The notes under the pieces were generated by a model, which searched no databases, was not told the DNA's origin, and saw only the letters and a program-made list of their open reading frames with translations. Below are positions 57,337 through 64,000 of a DNA stretch of 64,000 nt, one piece after another; the stretch's first letter is position 1; every line of letters starts with the position of its first letter. Made by a program: the position numbers and the translations under genes. The stretch is from positions 17,652-81,651 of IMG/VR virus record IMGVR_UViG_3300033121_001840; one strand, written 5' to 3'. This DNA is from a virus.

Positions 57337-57783
57337 ATGGCGAAGGAAAAAACTGAATCAAGTCGCTTTGAATCAAGATTTGGTGGCGGTTTTATTACTA
57401 ACGCTCAGTTTCTTGCAGAAAATATGGTGGCAAAGGGGGCCAGGCGAAGAGGTATCGAGCTACCAGCAAAGTTTTGGAATCTTGATAGGTACAAACGAGA
57501 GTTTTTAATGCAGTTGAGATTTGCCAACTCATTACTCAAACTGTACTCGATTGATACAATCCTTTTTGTTTTACGAACAGAAGGAAAGAGCGCTTACACG
57601 CTAAACGCACGCTGGCTCGACCCAATATTTACTGCGGAACAAAAGAAGAGAAATTTGCAGGAAAGTGAAAGATTAAAGCAAGCTGAAACCAAGGTTGCTG
57701 AGAAACCTGTTGTTGTTCAAGAAAAAGAACGTCCCGTTTTTATACATTCACAATCTGAATTAGATAAGCTGAGAAACCTGTAA
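57337..57783 (+). CDS. Hypothetical protein
   Basis: Coupled to the recombinase gene. Confidence 0.65.
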   Translation: MAKEKTESSRFESRFGGGFITNAQFLAENMVAKGARRRGIELPAKFWNLDRYKREFLMQLRFANSLLKLYSIDTILFVLRTEGKSAYTLNARWLDPIFTAEQKKRNLQESERLKQAETKVAEKPVVVQEKERPVFIHSQSELDKLRNL

Positions 57784-58886
57784 TGGCTAAGAAAAAGACT
57801 GAAGAAGTTGTTCAAGCCCCCGACGATTTTAACGAACGATTGACGGCTGACATTGATTCGACCTATGGTGAAGGGCTCATCCTTGGCGGTCAAGATGTAG
57901 CGGACCAAGTCAAAACGATAATCCCTTCCTGCCCATCTATCGACATTATTACGTCGGGTGGTTTTCATGAAGGTTGTTGGGTTAGCATCGGCGGTCCAGA
58001 AAAGTATGGAAAAACAGTTTTGGCTTTGACTATCGCAGCTAACGCGCAAAAACCAGAATATGGCAATCGAGTCGTCTATTACGGTGCAGTAGAATCCCGC
58101 GTTAATATGCGGCACTGGAAAGGAATCAAAGGGCTTGATTTAGACCCGAAGAAGTTTCGCATTATCCAGTCAAAAAAAGGCCAAATTCTAACATCTCAAA
58201 TGTGGCTGGATATTTTCATGCGGATTATCAGGACAGTGCCAAACGCTGTTTTGATTATTGATTCTCTATCGACTTTGTGTGAAGAGAGGGTGATGAATGA
58301 AGGTATCGGTACGCAAACACGAGGTGGCGGCAATATGTGGCTATCTCAGTTTATCGACATGATGGCTCCTGTAGTGCCGATTAACAACACGCTCGTTATT
58401 GGAATTACAAGGCAGATTGCTAATACAGGTAATCCAATGGGTCCAAAGAAGGTTGACAAAGTGGCTAACGCCTGGAAGTATCAGGCGGATTACAAGTTGA
58501 CGGCTATCATTAATCGTCCCTGGAAAATTGGCGAGAAACAAATTGGTCAGTTTGTTACTTGGAAATGCGGTTGTTCAAAACTTGGCCCTCCAGGTATGCT
58601 TATCGAGTCGTACCTTCGATATGGAGTTGGCTATGACAAGTTATATGAATCTCTTACTTTTGGCCAAACTGTCCAGCTAATCAAAAAAAATGGTTCGTGG
58701 CTTTCTCTGGATTTTCTCGGGACTGAACCATACAAACATTTTTTGGAAGATGGCGTAATACCTAAATGTCAAGGTTCGGAACAACTCTATCAACTTCTCC
58801 TGGCTAATCCGGCATGGGCTGACGCTCTCGAAAAGGAAGTCATGAAAGCAGCAGGAAGCCTTGCTGGTGGAGGTGGTGACGAATGA
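57783..58886 (+). CDS. RecA/UvsX-like recombinase
   Basis: Walker A GPEKYGKT, Walker B LIIDSLS. Confidence 0.85.
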   Translation: MAKKKTEEVVQAPDDFNERLTADIDSTYGEGLILGGQDVADQVKTIIPSCPSIDIITSGGFHEGCWVSIGGPEKYGKTVLALTIAANAQKPEYGNRVVYYGAVESRVNMRHWKGIKGLDLDPKKFRIIQSKKGQILTSQMWLDIFMRIIRTVPNAVLIIDSLSTLCEERVMNEGIGTQTRGGGNMWLSQFIDMMAPVVPINNTLVIGITRQIANTGNPMGPKKVDKVANAWKYQADYKLTAIINRPWKIGEKQIGQFVTWKCGCSKLGPPGMLIESYLRYGVGYDKLYESLTFGQTVQLIKKNGSWLSLDFLGTEPYKHFLEDGVIPKCQGSEQLYQLLLANPAWADALEKEVMKAAGSLAGGGGDE

Positions 58887-59305
58887 AAGTTCATGGGCTC
58901 GACGGGAAACTCTACCAATGGAACCTGACAGGGCACAAACCGATGAAAAATGACTCTCGTCCTCGGTCAAGCTTTCATAAACGAGCGAGAATACTGCTTC
59001 AAAACCTTTTTCCGTTTGAACAGATTTTGGAAGAACTTTCTTTGCCTGGAGCCGGAAGACTGTATGCCGACTTCTTCATACCTTCCAAAAAACTGTTGGT
59101 TGAAGTTCAAGGTTCACAGCATTCAGAATTTAACCCTCACTTTCACGGAACGGAAAGAGGGTTTCTTGAAGCAAAGAAACGCGACTCAAAAAAGCAACAA
59201 TGGGCTGAAATAAACAACTTTACTTTAATCGAGTTCCCATATGACGAATCAGACGGAGAGTGGAAAGCCAGGATTGACAATAGAGGAACGGCTGAAGGAA
59301 GTTGA
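58883..59305 (+). CDS. Vsr/DUF559-like endonuclease
   Basis: LYADFFIP..VEVQGSQH..RD..K. Confidence 0.8.
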   Translation: MKVHGLDGKLYQWNLTGHKPMKNDSRPRSSFHKRARILLQNLFPFEQILEELSLPGAGRLYADFFIPSKKLLVEVQGSQHSEFNPHFHGTERGFLEAKKRDSKKQQWAEINNFTLIEFPYDESDGEWKARIDNRGTAEGS

Positions 59306-59747
59306 AGGCGAGTTGGACGAATTCGAAAATGCCTGCTCCCTTCCTGCTAAATGCCCCTTTGAAGTCGAGAACGAATCAAAGCGATTGCTGGAATTGGTGC
59401 CTAGCGTGTTAAAATCCATGACTGCTACTCAATGCGGAGAGGCATCTTACACACTTCAGCAGTTTTCATTCTATTTACAAAAAGCAGTCAATAAGGAACA
59501 GTCAAGAATAGCTTGGGCTGAAGAATGTATCAAGCGAATTATTTCTTCGGCGATTAATCAGGTTAACGGAAAAAGTTATGACGAAAGAAAAACAAAGGCT
59601 ATTGTCCAGAATGACGCAGCCTCCAAGTTAGATAAAATTCGCGTCGAATCTCAAAGTCGGCTAAACAGAATTTCGTTTTTGTCTCAAAAGGTTGAGATGT
59701 TAGCTAAAGCGATGATACAAGTTCAATCAAGCAGGAGAAGTCAATGA
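59241..59747 (+). CDS. Coiled-coil protein (UvsY-like mediator?)
   Basis: Helical protein in the recombination cluster. Confidence 0.5.
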   Translation: MTNQTESGKPGLTIEERLKEVEGELDEFENACSLPAKCPFEVENESKRLLELVPSVLKSMTATQCGEASYTLQQFSFYLQKAVNKEQSRIAWAEECIKRIISSAINQVNGKSYDERKTKAIVQNDAASKLDKIRVESQSRLNRISFLSQKVEMLAKAMIQVQSSRRSQ

Positions 59748-60274
59748 GTTTAAGTCCAATTCAACTAATCAGTATGGGCATCGATAAAGGTGATTGGTCG
59801 CTCGTGTGTGATGGGTACACACAGATGACCGGAGATGATGTTAATGTACCAGTACAAAAATCTGTTTGCGATATAAGCCAAGTTTCTGTAGTCATTAATG
59901 GCAATGTATATCCAGTATTTGATTGTACAAAAGACATAACGCCAACAAAACTGGAAATGCTTGAGCCTGACAGGGAAATTTTGGAGCGAGCAAATAAACA
60001 GCTTCAGCAGGAAGCAGTTAGTGTAGAAGAAGACGAGTCGGACGGTCTGGGAATTTTTACTACGTCGAAAAAAGAGAGTATGAAGCTATCTAAGTCACGA
60101 GCCGGTAAATCTCGTGAGCTTCGCCCCAAGTTCACTCCAGTCAACCTAAAGTGTTCTGGATGTAAAAATAATTTCGATGTTCATCCTGACTTGGTTCCAA
60201 TTAAGTTAGACAAAGGTGAAGACGAACCAGAATTTCGTTGCGATAGCTGTATGGGCAAATCCAAAATCCGATAA
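59744..60274 (+). CDS. Hypothetical protein with C-terminal Zn ribbon
   Basis: CSGC and CDSC. Confidence 0.65.
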   Translation: MSLSPIQLISMGIDKGDWSLVCDGYTQMTGDDVNVPVQKSVCDISQVSVVINGNVYPVFDCTKDITPTKLEMLEPDREILERANKQLQQEAVSVEEDESDGLGIFTTSKKESMKLSKSRAGKSRELRPKFTPVNLKCSGCKNNFDVHPDLVPIKLDKGEDEPEFRCDSCMGKSKIR

Positions 60275-60284
60275 TGGAGCAGCA

Positions 60285-61727
60285 ATGATACTAAGTGACC
60301 CAGCATCTGAACGAGCTGTTTTGGCGAGTGTGTTCAATGGTGGCGGTGAGCAGTTTGCTGACGTAGCAGACATTGTTACCGCCAAGACATTTACGGTCGA
60401 TAGCAATCAGGTTATCTGGAGGTGTCTTGAGACGATATGTGCCGATAATATGGAAGCCAAGGTTGACTATCCCAGCGTTCTTTCCGCAGCTAAGCAACTT
60501 GGTTTGAATGAAGTGTTTGATAAACCTGAAGAGATGACGCACTTACGTGCTGTTATGAATATGCCCGTTCATAACGAAAATATTCGTAAGATGGCTGGCA
60601 GAATTCGAAAGCTTGAAATTTCCAGGCTTTTGATGAACCAGATTGAAAAGGCGAAAGAGTCATTAAGCGAAGTTACTGGCGTTGAGACGGTAGACCAGAT
60701 TTTTGCCAGTGTCGAAAACCCAATTTTTGATTTTACCAGTCTGTTATCTGGTTCGGATAGTCAGACTACTCGTTCGATGGGCGACAATGCGGAAAAGTAT
60801 CTCCAACACCTGATTGATAATCCGCGAAATCAGATTGGTATTTCTACCGGTATTAAAGGATTTGACCGAGCTATCGGTGGCGGGCTTCGTCCTAACAGCT
60901 TAGACGTAATTGCAGCCCGACCGAAAACCGGCAAAAGCCAGTTGGTCAACAAGGTTGCTTTGCATGTAGCCGGAAAAGAAAACGTTCCCGTTTTGAATAT
61001 CGACACGGAAATGTCGTGGGAAGAACAGCTGCATCGCGTTATTGCGAGCATGTCTTCCGTGAAAGTTAATGATATAGAGCGAGGTATAGGAAACCCCAAC
61101 AAGGTTCTCGAAGCCGCTCGAAAATTAAAGGATTGGCCTTATCATTATCGCTGCATTAGTCAGGAAACCTTTGAGGATACCTTGGCTAATATGCGACGAT
61201 GGGTTCTAAAAACTGTTGGTTTACAAGCTAATGGTAAAGCTAAACCATGCCTCATTATTTATGATTACCTCAAACTAATGAGTGCCGACTCGCTAAAAAC
61301 CGGCATGGCCGAGTTTCAAATGCTCGGGTTTATTGTAACGTCACTCAAAAACTTTGCTTCTCGATACGGCGTACCAATACTTTGCTTCGCCCAACTCAAT
61401 AGAGATGGTATCGACAAGGAAGACACGTCAGTGATTAGCCAATCAGACCGCATTGTGTGGTTCTGTACGTCCCTATCAATTTTTAAATGGAAATCTGACG
61501 AAGAGAAGGCAGAGGATGGCGGGAAATTCAGTCACAAGCTGATTCCGGTCATTTCGAGGCATGGAGAGGGACTGAAGTATGGAGACTACATTAACATTAA
61601 GTCAAACTACGAATACGCTCAAGTTATAGAGGGACCAACTCGTCAGGAGCTTGACGCGGGACACTCAGACCAACCAACTGGTATGGTCGTTGATGATTCA
61701 AAGGGGGTGGTCGATTTCCCACAGTAA
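60285..61727 (+). CDS. DnaB-like replicative helicase
   Basis: SERAVL, ARPKTGKS, DTEM, DYLKLM, AQLNR. Confidence 0.9.
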   Translation: MILSDPASERAVLASVFNGGGEQFADVADIVTAKTFTVDSNQVIWRCLETICADNMEAKVDYPSVLSAAKQLGLNEVFDKPEEMTHLRAVMNMPVHNENIRKMAGRIRKLEISRLLMNQIEKAKESLSEVTGVETVDQIFASVENPIFDFTSLLSGSDSQTTRSMGDNAEKYLQHLIDNPRNQIGISTGIKGFDRAIGGGLRPNSLDVIAARPKTGKSQLVNKVALHVAGKENVPVLNIDTEMSWEEQLHRVIASMSSVKVNDIERGIGNPNKVLEAARKLKDWPYHYRCISQETFEDTLANMRRWVLKTVGLQANGKAKPCLIIYDYLKLMSADSLKTGMAEFQMLGFIVTSLKNFASRYGVPILCFAQLNRDGIDKEDTSVISQSDRIVWFCTSLSIFKWKSDEEKAEDGGKFSHKLIPVISRHGEGLKYGDYINIKSNYEYAQVIEGPTRQELDAGHSDQPTGMVVDDSKGVVDFPQ

Positions 61728-62827
61728 CTACTACGACCAGGCAAGACTAAGCACACTTTCAGTAATGCTGATGTCTCGGATTGACGAGCTTATGCTCAAA
61801 CTGGATGTCGCTCTAACAAAAAACGGCAAGATGTTCGTTGGATGCTGTCCCGTTCACTCGGGTGATAATCCTGCGGCATTCAATCTCTATCACGGCGGCG
61901 ACATCCCTGGAAAATGGGTTTGCCGGACTAAACATTGTGAGCAGAAGTATAAAAAAACCATTATTGGTTTTGTTCGAGGTATGCTTGAAAGTAAAAGGAA
62001 AAATATTTCTTTTAAAGAAACTATCGATTGGTGCTGCGATTTTCTTGGGGTCAAGCTGAATGAGATTAAGGTTGACTACGAAGATTTAGAAAAACGTTCT
62101 TTTTCATCTTCAATGACTCAACTAATGCAAGGCACGAATCAACAACCTGTTGGAGTTACACGAAAAGAGGTGAGGTCTCGGCTAAAAATGCCGAGCGAAT
62201 ACTTTCGTGAACAGGGGCTGGTCCCAAGAAATTCTTGATAAGTATGACGTTGGCTTGTGTACTGACCCAAGAAAGCCAATGTATAATAGAGTAGTCGTTC
62301 CAATTTATGATGACAAACATTCTTGGTGTGTTGGAGTAACAGGTCGGTCGATATTCACGAAGTGCGAAAAATGTGGTTTGTATCATGACGGTCATTGTCC
62401 AGATAAGCAAAACGCACACCACTTTTCAAAGTGGAGGAATTCAGATAACTTCGCAAGAGACAGCTACCTTTACAATTTTTGGTATGCTAAGAATTCTATA
62501 AGCAGAGAAGGGGTAGCAGTCATTGTTGAAGGCCCAGGCGAGGTGTGGCGGCTCGAAGAGGCTCAAATACACTGCGGCTTGGGGGTTTTTGGAAGTAGCA
62601 TGACCGACCGGCAACAGGTGATACTTGAGAAGTCGGGTGCGATGACAATTATCGTTCTGATGAATAATGACGAAGCTGGTAAACTAGGTGCCCAGAAAAT
62701 CAAAGAAAACTTGTATCGGAGCTATCGACTGGTGTTTCCGACGATACCAACGAATGACCTTGGTGAACTCTCTCCTGCTAATGTAAATTCATTGCTTCAA
62801 CCCTTAATTGAAAAGTACAAAAGATGA
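61693..62827 (+). CDS. DnaG-type DNA primase split by a +1 frameshift near 62203-62207
   Basis: ORF1 has a CHC2 Zn finger (CPVHSGDNP..WVC); ORF2 has RVVVPI, GR and TOPRIM VEG..NNDEAG; start uncertain. Confidence 0.85.
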
Positions 62828-63732
62828 TTGACAAAAACGAGTTTTTGACTTGCGACTACTACGAAAAATTGGTTGCTGAACTAGGTAGAGAGGATATTAT
62901 CCATGTTCCAGCTGAGGAAGTTTCTGATTTTTTCGAGAGAACTAACGACCACACAAAACTAACTGTGGTTAGTTCATTCTCTGACTACAGCATTCGTTAC
63001 CAATACCAAAACCATCCAAATAAAGATATTATTAAGTTCGCCAATGCTACCAACTGGGCTAGTTTGGCTAATATTCATGACAGATACATGGCTGTCCAAC
63101 TTGGGCCAGCATGTAATAAGGAAAAGTGTGACCCAGCCGATAATTATTCCGTAAAAATCGACCGCTTCACAACAAGTACATTCTCTCGAATTCCGGCTGG
63201 AATTAAGTGGTTTGCTACAAATCTTGATATTGTTGGTACTACGTCAGACCATGATATTTCCTGGCTTCCATTCGGAGTTAATAATGATGGACACGGTAAA
63301 GACATACTGGCGAACTATCGAGGACGCCCCAAGAAAGGTTTACTGTATGTGAACTTTCAAAATAACTCGTTTGACCGTTTCCATTACAAAAACTTTTTCA
63401 GAAACATTCCTTGGGTAACATTCCGAGAAAACGCCAACCTTCCGGTTGAACAATATTATGAAGAGCTGTCTGAGCATAAGTTTGTTCTGAGCCCGTTCGG
63501 AAATGGGCTTGATTGCTACAGGAACTATGAAGCGATGTATCTAGGAACTGTGCCAATTCTGGAAACCTCAGTTATGACTGACATGATGAGGCGAAGTGGA
63601 TTGCCGGTTATGCTTAGGGCAGATTTAACTGGGATTACGCTTAATGATTTGAATTACGAGCATATTAATGATAGTGAATTTGACTGTCCGTTATTGACAA
63701 AATCTTATTGGAGGAAGAAAATCGGTGGCTAA
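62824..63732 (+). CDS. Exostosin-like glycosyltransferase-related protein
   Basis: LLYVNF, KFVLSPFGNGLDCYRNYEA. Confidence 0.7.
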   Translation: MIDKNEFLTCDYYEKLVAELGREDIIHVPAEEVSDFFERTNDHTKLTVVSSFSDYSIRYQYQNHPNKDIIKFANATNWASLANIHDRYMAVQLGPACNKEKCDPADNYSVKIDRFTTSTFSRIPAGIKWFATNLDIVGTTSDHDISWLPFGVNNDGHGKDILANYRGRPKKGLLYVNFQNNSFDRFHYKNFFRNIPWVTFRENANLPVEQYYEELSEHKFVLSPFGNGLDCYRNYEAMYLGTVPILETSVMTDMMRRSGLPVMLRADLTGITLNDLNYEHINDSEFDCPLLTKSYWRKKIGG

Positions 63733-64000
63733 AATCTTTGCATTCTCTGGGAAAAAGGGCTCTGGTAAAACAAGTATATGCGAGTTTCTAAAAGACAACT
63801 CTTTAGAACTATTTGGTGTCGAATCCAACAAAGTAATGAAGTTCTCTTTCGCCACTCCACTAAAAATGTTTTGTCATGAAATTCTTGGTTTGACACATGA
63901 GCAATTATGGGGAACTGACGAACAAAAAAATACCCTCACTCGTTATCGATGGGAAGATTTGCCTCATTACACTGATATTCGTACCAGTCGTCCGATTGTT
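63725..64000 (+). CDS. Deoxynucleoside monophosphate kinase (runs off the window)
   Basis: GTG start; FSGKKGSGKT P-loop, FSFATPLK. Confidence 0.8.
   Translation, partial: MAKIFAFSGKKGSGKTSICEFLKDNSLELFGVESNKVMKFSFATPLKMFCHEILGLTHEQLWGTDEQKNTLTRYRWEDLPHYTDIRTSRPIV

Noticed and set aside
1..64000. CRISPR array, DGR or retron
   Set aside because: No regularly spaced direct repeats, cas genes or reverse transcriptase were seen

Overview
Segment of a large dsDNA bacteriophage genome. Genes are almost all on the + strand and densely packed, with many small orphans. It encodes replication and recombination functions (RecA/UvsX-like, DnaB-like helicase, a DnaG-type primase split by a +1 frameshift, RNase H-like) and nucleotide metabolism (class II RNR with a LAGLIDADG intein, ThyX-like, dCMP deaminase, dNMP kinase, HD nucleotidase). 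It also carries an amino-sugar/glycosylation set (GlmS, GNA1-like, glycosyltransferases), a tyrosine integrase plus Xis-like gene, several HNH endonucleases and 7 tRNA genes. The most unusual content is RNA-based. (1) A ~265-nt ncRNA at 144-409 reproduces the 23S rRNA GTPase-associated centre (L11-binding H43/H44) with compensatory base changes and a ~206-nt insert in place of the H44 loop. (2) A promoter-driven ncRNA array (22635-23458) lies directly upstream of a Ro60/TROVE gene and holds a Y-like RNA, a tRNA, two YrlA-type permuted tRNA mimics, an Ala-identity CCA-ending tRNA mimic and a ~300-nt unclassified structured RNA. An RNA ligase, HD hydrolase, RlmN/Cfr-like methylase, AlkB and peptide deformylase are also encoded in the window. 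Together these suggest a phage system that uses decoys and repair enzymes to protect or redirect host translation (inference). A planctomycete-like host is a weak impression only. All assignments come from reading motifs by eye; no searches were run.
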